This document shows, in pieces, positions 1 through 10,827 of a DNA stretch of 64,000 nt. The stretch lies in contig JAZJZK010000010.1 in the NCBI GenBank assembly GCA_040389905.1, positions 38,510-102,509 of the forward strand, written 5' to 3'. Under the pieces are notes generated by a model. That model had not been told where the DNA came from, searched no databases, and worked only from the letters and a program-made list of their open reading frames with translations. This stretch comes from Gemmatimonadota bacterium. Lineage in GTDB: Bacteria; Gemmatimonadota; Gemmatimonadetes; Gemmatimonadales; Gemmatimonadaceae. Within the stretch, counting starts at the first letter, position 1, and each line of letters opens with the position of its first letter. A program made the position numbers and the translations under genes.

Positions 1-93
1 GTGGCGCACCGCAAGGATCTGAAGCACCTGATCAGCCAACTGCTGCGCCACATGAGTGGCAAGCCGTCGGCGACGGGGTGGACATCGCCCTGA
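1..93 (+). CDS. accD: 3' end of acetyl-CoA carboxylase carboxyltransferase beta subunit (partial)
   Basis: Frame 1 reads VAHRKDLKHLISQLLRHM...*, resembling the AccD C-terminus; accD-folC is a common adjacency. Confidence 0.7.
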   Translation: MAHRKDLKHLISQLLRHMSGKPSATGWTSP

Positions 94-1367
94 CGGGCTA
101 CAAGGAGTCGCTCGACTACCTCTTCGCGCGAACGACCGGGGCATTCAAGTTCGGTCTCGAGCGGACGCGTGCATTGCTCGACGCGCTGGATCAGCCGCAT
201 CTGGCCTATCCGGTGCTGCACATCGCCGGAACGAACGGGAAGGGCAGTTCCGTGGCCACGGCGGCCGCGCTGCTCCGCGCGAAGGGCCTTCGGGTCGCTC
301 GTTACACGTCGCCGCACCTGGTCGATTTCCGAGAACGCATTGCCGTCGATGATCTTCTCATTCCAGCCGATGAGATCGTCGCATTCATCGCTGAGTACAC
401 GCCGCTTATCGAACGGCTCGGTGCCTCGTTCTTCGAGGCGACGACGGCGCTGGCCTTTCGGCATTTCGCGCGCGAGGGCGTCGACGTTGCGCTGATCGAG
501 GCAGGTCTCGGTGGACGCCTCGACTCGACGAATGTCGTGGTACCTCGCGCGGCTGGCGTCACGTCCATCGGGTACGATCACATGGAGTATCTCGGCCCGA
601 CGCTCGAGACGATCGCGGCCGAGAAGGCAGGGATCTTCAAGGCAGGCGTTCCCGCGGTCATTGGCGAGCCGGACACGCGCGTGCGTGAGTGGCTTGCCGA
701 AGGGGCACGGCGCGCCGGCGCGTCGTCCGTGCGCATCGCGCAGGAGGAAATGCACGCGAGCGACGTCGAGATCAGTGCGCGAGGCACGCGCTTCCGACTC
801 GAGGCGCTCGGCGATTCTCGAATCATCGAGACGCCGCTGGTCGGGCATCACCAGGCGGCGAACTTCGCCTTTACGCTGGCGCTATTGGATGCTGCCGGCG
901 ACCCCTTTCGCGTCTCGCTGGCGGAAGCAGAGCACGCCGTGTCGGCCGTTCGGCTGCCGGGCCGATTTCAGCGCGTTGGGAGATGGATCTTCGACGTTGC
1001 ACACAACGCCGACGGGATCCGGACGCTGGCGGGCAGCCTCGCCTCGGTGGAAATCGAGAGACCGCTCGTCGCATTGCTGTGCGTGCTCGGGGACAAGGAG
1101 TGGAAGGCGATGATCGACACGCTTGCCCCGTCGGTGGACGCATTCATCCTCACCGATGCGCCGACCGCGCCACGATCTCGCGCGTGGGTCCTCGCCGACG
1201 CACTCGCGCATGCGCAATCGCTCGGCGTGCGAGCCGAGGCGCTCGCGGATTTCGACGAGGCCTTACGTCGCGCGGAACACCTTGGCGGGACGTTGCTGGT
1301 GACAGGCTCGTTCCACACCGTCGGCGATGCGATGTCGCGGTTGCAGGTGTCTTCGCTCTCCGGCTAA
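78..1367 (+). CDS. folC: folylpolyglutamate synthase/dihydrofolate synthase
   Basis: HIAGTNGKGS, YTSPHL, EAGLGGRLDSTN, DVAHN motifs. Confidence 0.97.
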   Translation: MDIALTGYKESLDYLFARTTGAFKFGLERTRALLDALDQPHLAYPVLHIAGTNGKGSSVATAAALLRAKGLRVARYTSPHLVDFRERIAVDDLLIPADEIVAFIAEYTPLIERLGASFFEATTALAFRHFAREGVDVALIEAGLGGRLDSTNVVVPRAAGVTSIGYDHMEYLGPTLETIAAEKAGIFKAGVPAVIGEPDTRVREWLAEGARRAGASSVRIAQEEMHASDVEISARGTRFRLEALGDSRIIETPLVGHHQAANFAFTLALLDAAGDPFRVSLAEAEHAVSAVRLPGRFQRVGRWIFDVAHNADGIRTLAGSLASVEIERPLVALLCVLGDKEWKAMIDTLAPSVDAFILTDAPTAPRSRAWVLADALAHAQSLGVRAEALADFDEALRRAEHLGGTLLVTGSFHTVGDAMSRLQVSSLSG

Positions 1368-1376
1368 CTTTCGAAG

Positions 1377-2576
1377 ATGTTCAAAGGCGCCCTTCCAGGC
1401 TTTCGCGATTTCTATCCTCAGGAGCTTGCCGAGCGCGCGTTCATCATGAACACGTGGCGTGAGGTGGCGCGCCGTTACGCCTTCGTCGAGTACGATGGCC
1501 CTCCGCTGGAGCCGCTCGATCTGTACACGAAGAAGAGTGGCGACGAGATCGTCGGGCAACTCTACAACTTCGTCGACAAGGGGGGGCGCGACGTCGCATT
1601 ACGCCCGGAGATGACGCCGACTGTTGCGCGGATGGTCGCGGCGCGTGCCAATGCGCTGCGCAAACCGGTGCGCTGGTTTTCGATGCCCCAGCTGTTCCGG
1701 TACGAGCGCCAACAGAAGGGCCGGCTGCGTGAGCACTACCAGCTCAATGTCGACATTTTCGGGTCGTCCGACGTCGCGGCAGACGCCGAACTCGTCGCGT
1801 GCGCGGTGGACATGATGCGCGCATTCGGACTGACGTCGGCCGACGTCGTCGTTCGCGTGTCCGATCGTCGCATTCTGCAGTCGTTTCTTGCGTCGTACGG
1901 AATTGCCGACGGCGCAATGGCGGAGGTCTATCAGATCATCGACAAGCTCGAGCGGACGCCGCGCGATGTCTCCGGTGAGAAGCTCGCGGCGCTTGGTGTC
2001 TCGGCCGAGGCGATCGAGCGCATCGTCACGATCGCCGACGTGGAATTCGACGAGTTGCGGGAGCGTACAGGCCCGACCCAGGAAGTGCTGGAGTTCGATC
2101 GCTTTCGGCGCTATGTCCCCGCGCTCCTCGGTGGAGACGCCTCGTGGCTCAGGCTCGACCTGTCGATTGTGCGCGGATTGGCGTATTACACGGGTATCGT
2201 CTTCGAGCTGTTCGACCGGTCGGGCGAGTTTCGCGCGATCTGTGGCGGCGGACGCTACGACACGTTGCTCGACTCACTCGGCGGGACGGACATGCCTGCG
2301 CTCGGATTTGGCATGGGTGATGTCGTTCTGGGCGAACTGCTGCGCGCGAAGGGTTTGATGACGCCTCCGGATTCGGCGGCGGACTACTGGATTGCGGCGG
2401 ATGAGGCGACCCCACTCGAACGCGTGCTGACGGAGGTCTCGCGACTTCGTGGCACGGGGCGTTCCGTGGAATACGCACTTCGCGCGCAGTCCCTGAACAA
2501 GCAGAAGAAAGCGGCGCAAGTCAGCGGCGCAAAGGAATTCGTGACACTCTCGAACGACGACGCATCGAATGGCTGA
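1377..2576 (+). CDS. hisS: histidine--tRNA ligase
   Basis: [37 protein letters not shown]. Confidence 0.97.
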   Translation: MFKGALPGFRDFYPQELAERAFIMNTWREVARRYAFVEYDGPPLEPLDLYTKKSGDEIVGQLYNFVDKGGRDVALRPEMTPTVARMVAARANALRKPVRWFSMPQLFRYERQQKGRLREHYQLNVDIFGSSDVAADAELVACAVDMMRAFGLTSADVVVRVSDRRILQSFLASYGIADGAMAEVYQIIDKLERTPRDVSGEKLAALGVSAEAIERIVTIADVEFDELRERTGPTQEVLEFDRFRRYVPALLGGDASWLRLDLSIVRGLAYYTGIVFELFDRSGEFRAICGGGRYDTLLDSLGGTDMPALGFGMGDVVLGELLRAKGLMTPPDSAADYWIAADEATPLERVLTEVSRLRGTGRSVEYALRAQSLNKQKKAAQVSGAKEFVTLSNDDASNG

Positions 2577-4038
2577 CGACAAGAAGCTCACAACCCGCGC
2601 GAAAGACTTCAGCGCCTGGTACAACGAAGTCGTCCTGAAGGCCGAAATGGCTGACTATTCGCCCGTGAAGGGGTGTATGGTCATCCGTCCCAACGGCTAT
2701 GGCATCTGGGAGCGCATGCAGCGCGCCCTCGACGACATGTTCAAGGCGACCGGCCACCAGAACGCCTACTTCCCGCTCTTCATCCCGGAATCGTATCTCC
2801 ACAAGGAGAAGGAGCACGTCGAAGGCTTCGCCCACGAGTTCGCGGTCGTCACGCATGGTGGCGGCAAGAAGCTCGAAGAGCCGCTCGTCGTGCGTCCGAC
2901 GTCCGAGACGATCATCTACTCGATGTTCGCCAAGTGGGTGCAATCGTATCGCGATTTGCCGCTGCTGATGAACCAATGGGCCAACGTCGTGCGCTGGGAA
3001 ATGCGCACGCGTCTCTTCCTGCGCACCACCGAGTTTCTCTGGCAGGAAGGCCACACGGCGCACGCCACGCATGACGAGGCCGAGGAAGAGACCCGTCGGA
3101 TGCTCGGCGTCTATCGCGATTTCATGGAAGGGTACATCGCGATGCCCGTCGTCACTGGACAGAAGACCGAGTCGGAGAAGTTTGCCGGAGCACTGCGCAC
3201 CTATTCCTGCGAAGCGATGATGCAGGATAACAAGGCATTGCAGGCGGGCACGTCGCACAATCTCGGGCAGAATTTCGCCAAGGTCTTCGACCTCAAGTTC
3301 CAGAGTGAGGCGGGAACCGAGGAGTACGCGTGGAACACGAGTTGGGGCGTGTCGACGCGCATGGTGGGTGGTCTGGTGATGACGCATGGCGACGACAACG
3401 GACTGCGCTGTCCGCCGTTGCTGGCGCCCATCGAGATGGTCATCGTGCCCATCTACAAGACCGACGAAGAACGCGGTGCCATTCTCGAAGCCGCCCACCG
3501 CATCGCCAAGTCGCTCGGTGCTTGGGACCGTCGGGAGACCGCACGCCTCCGCATCCACATCGATGCGCGCGAAGGCATCAAGCCGGGCGCGAAGTACTAC
3601 GAGTGGGAGCTCCGCGGTATTCCGCTGCGCCTGGAGATCGGACCGCGTGACCTGGCGGCCAATCAGGGCGTGCTGGTGCGCCGCGACACCCGGGCGAAGC
3701 TGCCTGTTTCATTGGACACACTCGGCGAGGAAGTTGCCGAGATGCTCTCGACGATGCAGCGCGACATGCTTGCCGCCGCGATGGACCGGCGCGATGCGAA
3801 CAGCGTGCGTGAGCGGATCTCGTATGACACGTTCCGCGAACTCATGGACGGACAAGGTGGCTTCGTCTATGCCGGCTGGTGCGGCATGCCGGAGTGCGAA
3901 GCCGCGATCAAGGAGGACACCAAGGCGACGATCCGCTGTCTGCCCGATGAGGAGTTCCGGTCTGCGGAAGCACCAACGACCTGTCTCAAGTGCGGCATGG
4001 CGTCAACGGTCGAGGCATTGTGGGCGAAGGCGTACTGA
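2569..4038 (+). CDS. proS: proline--tRNA ligase (eukaryote/archaea-like type)
   Basis: [44 protein letters not shown]-terminal Zn cysteines and AKAY end. Confidence 0.97.
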   Translation: MADDKKLTTRAKDFSAWYNEVVLKAEMADYSPVKGCMVIRPNGYGIWERMQRALDDMFKATGHQNAYFPLFIPESYLHKEKEHVEGFAHEFAVVTHGGGKKLEEPLVVRPTSETIIYSMFAKWVQSYRDLPLLMNQWANVVRWEMRTRLFLRTTEFLWQEGHTAHATHDEAEEETRRMLGVYRDFMEGYIAMPVVTGQKTESEKFAGALRTYSCEAMMQDNKALQAGTSHNLGQNFAKVFDLKFQSEAGTEEYAWNTSWGVSTRMVGGLVMTHGDDNGLRCPPLLAPIEMVIVPIYKTDEERGAILEAAHRIAKSLGAWDRRETARLRIHIDAREGIKPGAKYYEWELRGIPLRLEIGPRDLAANQGVLVRRDTRAKLPVSLDTLGEEVAEMLSTMQRDMLAAAMDRRDANSVRERISYDTFRELMDGQGGFVYAGWCGMPECEAAIKEDTKATIRCLPDEEFRSAEAPTTCLKCGMASTVEALWAKAY

Positions 4039-5303
4039 CGGCGGGCTTCACGCGCGTGGGCGGAGCACTCACGTGCGAAGGTGTTGCGCTCGAGACGATC
4101 GCGAGCGACGTGGGAACGCCGGCGTACGTCTACAGCGCCGCCGTCGTCCGCGATCGCTATCAGCGTCTCGACGGTGCGCTGACCGCCATCCCGCACCGGA
4201 TTCACTATACGCTCAAGGCAAATTCGAATCGCGGAATCCTGCGCCTGTTGCGCGAGATGGGAGCGGGTGTCGATGTCGTGTCTGGCGGCGAGCTGTTTCG
4301 CGCGCAACGAGCGGGGTTCGCCGGCAGCGACATCATTTTCGGCGGCGTCGGCAAACGGGACGAAGAGCTCCGCGAGGCGCTCGAAGCGCAGGTCATGTTG
4401 ATCAATGCCGAATCGGAGGCCGAGATCCGGGCGCTGAATCGGATTGCCGGCGACCTTGGTGTCATCGCGCCGGTCGGCATTCGCGTGAATCCCGAAGTCA
4501 CCGTCGATAGCTCGCACCGGTACATCAAGACGGGAGAAAAGGGCGCGAAGTTCGGCGTACCGTTCGATGAGGTGCACGCTGTCGCGCGTGTTGCGTCCGA
4601 GCTGCCGAACACGCGTCTCATCGGGCTCGACATGCACATCGGCTCGCAGCTCTTCCGTCTCGATGCGTATCTCGATGGCACCGAGAAACTCGTCGAGCTC
4701 CTGGACAAACTGAGTGCGGACGGCATCGACACGCTCCGCTATCTCGACATCGGAGGAGGGCTCGGCGTCAGTTACGACGACGAGCAGTCACCGGACCTCC
4801 AGCGCTTCGCCGATGCACTGCGCACACGAGTGATGCCGACGGGCCTCACGCTCCTGATGGAGCCGGGGCGTTTCATCGTCGGTAATTCCGGCGTTCTGCT
4901 CACGCGAGTGCTGTACCGCAAGCACAGCGGCGGCCGCGATTTTCTCGTCACCGACGCGGGAATGACCGAGTTGTTGCGTCCCTCGCACTACGATGCGTAC
5001 CACAAGATCGAACGTGTGCAGCCAACGAGCGCGCACATGAAAGCGGATGTCGTGGGGCCGGTGTGCGAGAGCGGCGACTTCCTGGCCCTCGATCGCCGAA
5101 TGGACGAAGCAAACGCTGGGGACCTGCTCGCTGTCTATGACGTGGGTGCCTACGGATACGTGATGGCTTCCAACTACAACACGCGGCCGCGCGGCGTGGA
5201 AGTAATGGTCGACGGCGACCAGTACGCGATGACGACCGCGCGGGAGTGCTACGACGACCTCGTGCGGCTCGAGCAGGATGACCCCCAGTGGAGGCATGGC
5301 TGA
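4020..5303 (+). CDS. lysA: diaminopimelate decarboxylase (start uncertain: GTG 4020 or CTG 4035)
   Basis: YTLKAN (PLP Lys), [23 protein letters not shown]. Confidence 0.95.
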   Translation: MGEGVLTAGFTRVGGALTCEGVALETIASDVGTPAYVYSAAVVRDRYQRLDGALTAIPHRIHYTLKANSNRGILRLLREMGAGVDVVSGGELFRAQRAGFAGSDIIFGGVGKRDEELREALEAQVMLINAESEAEIRALNRIAGDLGVIAPVGIRVNPEVTVDSSHRYIKTGEKGAKFGVPFDEVHAVARVASELPNTRLIGLDMHIGSQLFRLDAYLDGTEKLVELLDKLSADGIDTLRYLDIGGGLGVSYDDEQSPDLQRFADALRTRVMPTGLTLLMEPGRFIVGNSGVLLTRVLYRKHSGGRDFLVTDAGMTELLRPSHYDAYHKIERVQPTSAHMKADVVGPVCESGDFLALDRRMDEANAGDLLAVYDVGAYGYVMASNYNTRPRGVEVMVDGDQYAMTTARECYDDLVRLEQDDPQWRHG

Positions 5304-5812
5304 TGCGCGTCGGGTTGATGGCCGATAGCCACGACCGGATTCCCGCGATTGCGGAATTCGTGAAGCTCATGCAGGCGGAAGGCGTGTCGATGCTGCTCCA
5401 TGCGGGAGACTACTGCGCGCCCTTCGCGCTCAAGCCCATCGAGGAAGCCAGCATGTCGCTCGCCGGTGTGTTCGGCCGCAACGACGGCGACACGCAGGGA
5501 CTGCTCGCCAAGGCAACCGCGGGATTCGGCGCCGAGTTGTTTGGCGGCCCGCACAGCTTCGAGCTTGGCGGACAGCGCGTGCTCGTCGTTCATGACATCG
5601 GTGACGTGCAGCCCCGCAGCATCGATGCGCACAGCATCGTCGTGCATGGCTTCACGCACCAGCAGGAGATGAAGACCCGCGGTGATACGCTGATTGTGAA
5701 CCCTGGTGAATCGTGCGGTTGGCTCTTCGGTACGCCGAAGGCTGCGATTCTCGATCTCGACTCCAAGAAAGTGGAATTCCTGAGCCTCGACCCCGCGCAC
5801 TGGACGACATGA
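5303..5812 (+). CDS. YfcE-family metallophosphoesterase
   Basis: ADSHD, HAGD, GRND, HGFTH, NPGE. Confidence 0.85.
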   Translation: MRVGLMADSHDRIPAIAEFVKLMQAEGVSMLLHAGDYCAPFALKPIEEASMSLAGVFGRNDGDTQGLLAKATAGFGAELFGGPHSFELGGQRVLVVHDIGDVQPRSIDAHSIVVHGFTHQQEMKTRGDTLIVNPGESCGWLFGTPKAAILDLDSKKVEFLSLDPAHWTT

Positions 5813-7359
5813 CGGCGCAAAGCCGCATCCTCATCATCGACTACGGATCGCAGTTCACACAGCTCATTGCTCGCCGAGTCCGCGAAGCGAGAGTGTACTC
5901 CGAGATTCATCCACCGACGCGCAGCGTCGAGTGGATACGTGAGTGGAAGCCGACTGGCATCATCTTCAGCGGTGGACCGAATTCCGTGTATGGCGCCGAG
6001 GCGCCACTCGCTGATCCCGAGGTCTTCGACGTCGCGCCGATTCTTGGCGTGTGCTACGGGATGCAGATGATCGCCTATCTGAGTGGCGCCGACGTGACGC
6101 GCGGCGGCCAACGCCAGTATGGGCGCGACGCCATCCGCACCACGCGCGACAGTGCGCTGTTCCGGGGCTTCCACATCGACGAGGACACGATCGTCTGGAT
6201 GAGTCACGGAGACCACATCGAGGCCGTGCCGGATGGCTTTCACGTCACCGCGGCGAGCGGCGGTAACCCGATCGCGGCGTTCGAGCACGACACCAAGCCG
6301 ATCTTCGGTGTGCAGTTCCATCCCGAAGTCGCGCATACGACTCGCGGCGGCGAGATCATCGCGAACTTCCTCTTCGATGTCTGCGGCGCGACGCCGACAT
6401 GGACGCCCGGCGCGTTCATCGAGGATGAAGTCGCGAAAATCCGTGCGCTCGTTGGCGACGCGCAGGTGATTTGCGGACTCTCGGGCGGTGTCGATTCATC
6501 CGTCGCAGCGGCGCTGGTGCACCGCGCGATCGGCGATCAGCTCACGTGCGTGTTCGTGGACACGGGGTTGCTGCGGCTGCGCGAGCGCGAACAGGTCCAG
6601 CAGACGATGGGTCGCCACCTCGGCATCAAGCTCGTGACCGTCGAAGCGTCGGAGCGATTCCTCGCGGCGTTGAAGGGGATCGACGAGCCGGAGGCCAAGC
6701 GGCGGGCGATCGGCCACACGTTCATCGATGTTTTCGAGGAAGCGACGGCGAGCGCCGGTTCGAACGCGAAGTTCCTGGTGCAGGGCACGCTCTATCCCGA
6801 CGTGATCGAGAGCGCATCGCCGACTGGTGGCCCGTCGGTGACGATCAAGACGCATCACAATGTCGGCGGGCTCAAGCCGGGGATGCAGTTCGCGCTTATC
6901 GAGCCGCTGCGCGAATTGTTCAAGGACGAAGTTCGGAATGTCGGCCGCGAGTTGGGGCTGCCGGAGGAGATGGTCGGCCGGCACCCGTTCCCCGGCCCCG
7001 GTCTGGCCATCCGCGTCCTCGGAGCCGTGGCCGAACCCGCACTCGACGTGCTGCGTCTTGCGGATGCGATTTACCTGGAGGAAATTCGGTCGGCAGGGCT
7101 CTACAACGAAATCTGGCAGGCGTTCGCCGTGCTTCTCCCTGTTCGCAGTGTTGGTGTCATGGGTGACGAGCGGACGTACGACAATGTTGTTGCACTGCGC
7201 GCGGTCACGAGCACCGATGGTATGACTGCGGACTGGTATCCTTTCCCGCACGACATCATGGCGAAGATCAGCGATCGGATCATTCGAGAGGTCGATGGCG
7301 TGAATCGCGTCGTGTACGACGTCAGTTCGAAGCCGCCGGCGACCATCGAGTGGGAGTAA
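5809..7359 (+). CDS. guaA: GMP synthase (glutamine-hydrolyzing)
   Basis: [33 protein letters not shown]. Confidence 0.98.
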   Translation: MTAQSRILIIDYGSQFTQLIARRVREARVYSEIHPPTRSVEWIREWKPTGIIFSGGPNSVYGAEAPLADPEVFDVAPILGVCYGMQMIAYLSGADVTRGGQRQYGRDAIRTTRDSALFRGFHIDEDTIVWMSHGDHIEAVPDGFHVTAASGGNPIAAFEHDTKPIFGVQFHPEVAHTTRGGEIIANFLFDVCGATPTWTPGAFIEDEVAKIRALVGDAQVICGLSGGVDSSVAAALVHRAIGDQLTCVFVDTGLLRLREREQVQQTMGRHLGIKLVTVEASERFLAALKGIDEPEAKRRAIGHTFIDVFEEATASAGSNAKFLVQGTLYPDVIESASPTGGPSVTIKTHHNVGGLKPGMQFALIEPLRELFKDEVRNVGRELGLPEEMVGRHPFPGPGLAIRVLGAVAEPALDVLRLADAIYLEEIRSAGLYNEIWQAFAVLLPVRSVGVMGDERTYDNVVALRAVTSTDGMTADWYPFPHDIMAKISDRIIREVDGVNRVVYDVSSKPPATIEWE

Positions 7360-8303
7360 CTCCGGAGCCACGCCCATCGACGGGGACGGGCCGACGCACT
7401 CAAGCGCTGCGTGGGCCGGGCGCCGGCGGATTCACGCCGGCGCAGTCACTCGCTGCATCCAACCCCTGCCTGAACTGCGGCACGAACATCCAGCTCGCGT
7501 ACTGTCCGGAGTGCGGTCAGCGCGAAATCGATCCGGATCCCACACTGCGCGAGTTCCTGCACGAACTGGCCGAGGAGTTTCTGCACTGGGACGGCAAGCT
7601 CGTGACGACGTTCCGCACGCTGTTGACCAAACCTGGCGTGCTCACGATGGAGTACCTGGGCGGACGCCGGGTGCGCTATATCTCACCGCTTCGGGTGTAT
7701 CTCACGTGCAGTGTGCTGTTCTTCTTTCTCGCCGCGATCGCACCCGCGCGCGTGGTGCTGGACAAATTCGGCCAGCCGGTGGAGCAGGGGCTCGTTCAGA
7801 TTTCGCAGTCGACCCAAAAGGAGCTCGCCGAAATCGATTCCGCGGCGGCCAAGGCGCCGTACGTCACACGCGTCTGGATGACGCATTTTGCTCGTGCCAT
7901 GAGCAAGCCCGACGAGTTGCGACACGCGACGACCGCGGCCATCCCGAAAGCAATGTTCGTTTTGGTGCCGCTCTTTGCCGCACTCATTGGCGTTGTCTAT
8001 CGCGATCGCCGGCGGAAGTATCCGCAGCACCTCGCGTTTGCGCTGCACGTGCACGCCGCGCTCTTCGTCGCGCTGTCCGTGATGCTGCTCAATCGCTTCA
8101 TGTCGTCGCTGACCATCGCCGGGGTGTTCCAGCTGCTCGTCGCGATTCCTTTCGCGGCCTACACGGTGCTCGCGACGCAGGCGGTGTATGAAAGCAGACG
8201 TGGCCAGTCGATCTGGCGGCTGACCCTTGCGTCGACGATGTACTTCGTCGTGTTCCTGTTTGTAATCACCGCCCTGTTTGCAATTATCGTCCTTTCGAGC
8301 TGA
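7350..8303 (+). CDS. DUF3667-type membrane protein with N-terminal zinc ribbon
   Basis: CLNCG...[31 protein letters not shown], several TM segments. Confidence 0.8.
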   Translation: MGVTPEPRPSTGTGRRTQALRGPGAGGFTPAQSLAASNPCLNCGTNIQLAYCPECGQREIDPDPTLREFLHELAEEFLHWDGKLVTTFRTLLTKPGVLTMEYLGGRRVRYISPLRVYLTCSVLFFFLAAIAPARVVLDKFGQPVEQGLVQISQSTQKELAEIDSAAAKAPYVTRVWMTHFARAMSKPDELRHATTAAIPKAMFVLVPLFAALIGVVYRDRRRKYPQHLAFALHVHAALFVALSVMLLNRFMSSLTIAGVFQLLVAIPFAAYTVLATQAVYESRRGQSIWRLTLASTMYFVVFLFVITALFAIIVLSS

Positions 8304-8398
8304 CGGCGTAAACAGCGGGTGCACGCCATTCGCTTCGCTCAGGGCGACAAAACACGCGGGCCTTCGCGCTAATCAAGCCGACAAAACAAACGACCGAG

Positions 8399-8851
8399 TT
8401 AGACGCCTTTCTCCTTCAAGAGCTCCAGGAACTGCACCGGCTCCGTCAGTGCGAGAAGCCGCTGCGGCACGTCGGACTCCTTCGAGAATTGCGCAATCTT
8501 CCCAAGCACCGGGAGATACTGGTTGGACACTTCCAGGGGTGGCGCGACGATGAGGAAAAAGAAATTCACCGGCTTCTCGTCGATCGCCTTGAAGTCCATG
8601 CCGCTCGTTTTTCGACCGAACGCGACGCGCAATTTGTTCACGACCAGCGACCGGCAATGCGGGATGGCAATCCCGCGCCCAATGCCGGTGGAGCCAAGAT
8701 TCTCGCGTCGCTTCAGCATCTTGTAGAGCATCCCGTCCGACTTGTCGTCGAGCTTGAGGAGGCCGATGAGCTCCTTGAGGATGTCGTCTTTGGTTTCCCC
8801 TTCGAGCTCGAGCTTGATTGCGTCTTCGTCGAAGAACTCGCGTAGTTCCAT
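8399..8851 (-). CDS. PTS IIA-like (PtsN/fructose-type) protein
   Basis: RENLGSTGIGRGIAIPHCR with the phospho-His motif. Confidence 0.9.
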   Translation of the reverse strand: MELREFFDEDAIKLELEGETKDDILKELIGLLKLDDKSDGMLYKMLKRRENLGSTGIGRGIAIPHCRSLVVNKLRVAFGRKTSGMDFKAIDEKPVNFFFLIVAPPLEVSNQYLPVLGKIAQFSKESDVPQRLLALTEPVQFLELLKEKGV

Positions 8852-8921
8852 CTCGTCAGATCCGATGCTGGGGCGATGCCGGAGGCCTTTAGCGCGGCCT
8901 GTCTGCTTGATCGAACCGGGA

Positions 8922-8951
8922 AACGTACCCGTGCGCGCGCAACCTTGTCAA
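8922..8951 (-). promoter_or_regulatory. sigma70-like promoter for PTS IIA gene
   Basis: TTGACA-N18-TACGTT on the minus strand. Confidence 0.5.
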
Positions 8952-8960
8952 ACGCCGTCG

Positions 8961-8989
8961 TTGCTTGGACTTCCGCGCCTCGGTAACTT
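8961..8989 (+). promoter_or_regulatory. sigma70-like promoter, probably leaderless dusB
   Basis: TTGCTT-N17-TAACTT, ATG 6 nt downstream, no SD. Confidence 0.55.
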
Positions 8990-8995
8990 CCGAGA

Positions 8996-10039
8996 ATGGG
9001 CTTCCCCTTTCCCCTCGCGGTCGATACGCCACTCTATCTCGCGCCTATGGCCGGCGTGTCGGAATCCCCATTCCGGCAACTCTGCCATGATCATGGCGCC
9101 GACGTCGTGGTCACCGAGTTCCTCTCGGCTGAGGGAATCCGCCGCGAAAATGAGTCGACGATTCACAAGCTCGCGTTCGGGCCTGGTGAACGGCCCATCG
9201 GGGTGCAGATCTTCGGCGCCGATCCGGTGGCCATGGGGGAAGCGGCGCGTTTTGTTTCCGATGTGTTTCAGCCCGAGTTCATCGACATCAATTTCGGCTG
9301 TCCGGTGAAGAAGGTCGTTCGCCGGAATGGGGGCTCCGGCTGTCTGCGCGACCTCGACCTTGTCGAACAGGTGATTCGCGCGGTCGCGTCCGCCACACCA
9401 CTCCCCGTCACGTGCAAGATCCGGAGTGGCTGGAGCGAGGAGATGCGCGATCCCGTGAAAATCGCCCTGCGCTGCCAGGACGCCGGCGCACGCGTGCTCG
9501 CGTTGCACCCGCGAACCCGGACGCAGATGTACACTGGCAACGCGCGCTGGGAAGAAATCGCTGCCGTTGTCGACGCGCTCGACATTCCGGTGCTCGGTAA
9601 CGGCGATATCAAGACGGCAGAAGACGCCATCCGGATGCACCAGCAGACTGGATGCGCTGGCATCATGATCGCGCGAGGATCGTACGGACAGCCCTGGATA
9701 TTCAACCAGGTCAAGGATCTGCTTGCTGGTCGCGCGAAGCGGCCGGCGCCGAACGTCGCAGACCGCTTTGCGGTCGCGCTGGATCACGCGCGGAAGGTGA
9801 TCGCGTACGAGACGGATCCACGCGGTGCAGCGATCGAATTCCGCAAGCATCTCGGCTGGTATTCGAAGGGGCTCCACGGCGGCGCAGAGCTTCGGAAAAA
9901 ACTCTACGCGGTGACGTCGTTCGCGGAAGTCGAGGGCATCTTCGCCGACTACCTCGCCAACGCCGAGCGATACGCGGAGGCGGCGGACTTTGCACCGCTC
10001 GGCGATGCGGGGGGAGAGTTCGAGGCAGACGCCGCATGA
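8996..10039 (+). CDS. dusB: tRNA-dihydrouridine synthase B
   Basis: LAPMAG, DINFGCP, KIRSGW, HPRT, GNGDI. Confidence 0.95.
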   Translation: MGFPFPLAVDTPLYLAPMAGVSESPFRQLCHDHGADVVVTEFLSAEGIRRENESTIHKLAFGPGERPIGVQIFGADPVAMGEAARFVSDVFQPEFIDINFGCPVKKVVRRNGGSGCLRDLDLVEQVIRAVASATPLPVTCKIRSGWSEEMRDPVKIALRCQDAGARVLALHPRTRTQMYTGNARWEEIAAVVDALDIPVLGNGDIKTAEDAIRMHQQTGCAGIMIARGSYGQPWIFNQVKDLLAGRAKRPAPNVADRFAVALDHARKVIAYETDPRGAAIEFRKHLGWYSKGLHGGAELRKKLYAVTSFAEVEGIFADYLANAERYAEAADFAPLGDAGGEFEADAA

Positions 10040-10785
10040 GACGTGAGCGGGTGCGCGAGTTGCTCACCCGCGTTGCCGAAGGGTCACTTCCCATCGACGG
10101 CGCGCTCGATTCACTTGCCGGTGAACCGCTGGAGTCGCTGGGTTTTGCGACCATCGACCATCATCGCGCGCTGCGCCAAGGCTTTCCGGAGGTCGTCTAC
10201 GGTGCAGGCAAGACGGTCGATCAAATCACCACGATTGCCAGCAGCATTGCAGCACGTGGGGACGGTGTTTTGGTGACACGGGTGAGCGATTCGGCCGTCG
10301 ATGGCCTCCGCAACGCGATTCCAGCGGCGGAATACAACGATGTCGCTCGCACGCTTTTCTTGCGGCCGGCGACCGCGCCTGGGCTTTCGCAGGACAGTCT
10401 TCTCATTATTACCGCGGGCACCAGTGATCTGCCGGTTGCGGAGGAGGCCGCCGTGACGGCGGATGCAATGGCGTGCCGCGTGGAGCGGCTGACCGACGTC
10501 GGCGTCGCGGGCATTCATCGCATACTGTCGCGGCGCGAGAGGCTCGACCAAGCCGGTGTGATCATCGTGGTGGCTGGAATGGATGGCGCGCTCGCTTCTG
10601 TCGTCGGCGGCCTTGCTCGCGTGCCCATCATCGCGGTACCTACCAGCGTCGGTTACGGCGCATCGTTCAATGGGCTTGCTCCGTTGCTGACAATGCTGAA
10701 CAGTTGCGCCGCAGGTGTGACTGTCGTAAACATCGACAACGGCTTCGGTGCGGCGGTTGCGGCTGCGCGCATTCTCCATCGATAG
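10036..10785 (+). CDS. larB: nickel-pincer cofactor biosynthesis protein LarB (PurE-like)
   Basis: GFPEVVYGAGKT, AGTSDLPVAEEA, DVGVAGIHR, PTSVGYG, VVNIDNGFGA. Confidence 0.92.
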   Translation: MRRERVRELLTRVAEGSLPIDGALDSLAGEPLESLGFATIDHHRALRQGFPEVVYGAGKTVDQITTIASSIAARGDGVLVTRVSDSAVDGLRNAIPAAEYNDVARTLFLRPATAPGLSQDSLLIITAGTSDLPVAEEAAVTADAMACRVERLTDVGVAGIHRILSRRERLDQAGVIIVVAGMDGALASVVGGLARVPIIAVPTSVGYGASFNGLAPLLTMLNSCAAGVTVVNIDNGFGAAVAAARILHR

Positions 10786-10827
10786 GCCTTGGCAACGCTG
10801 CCCTCCTGACCTCGCTGCACGTCACCC

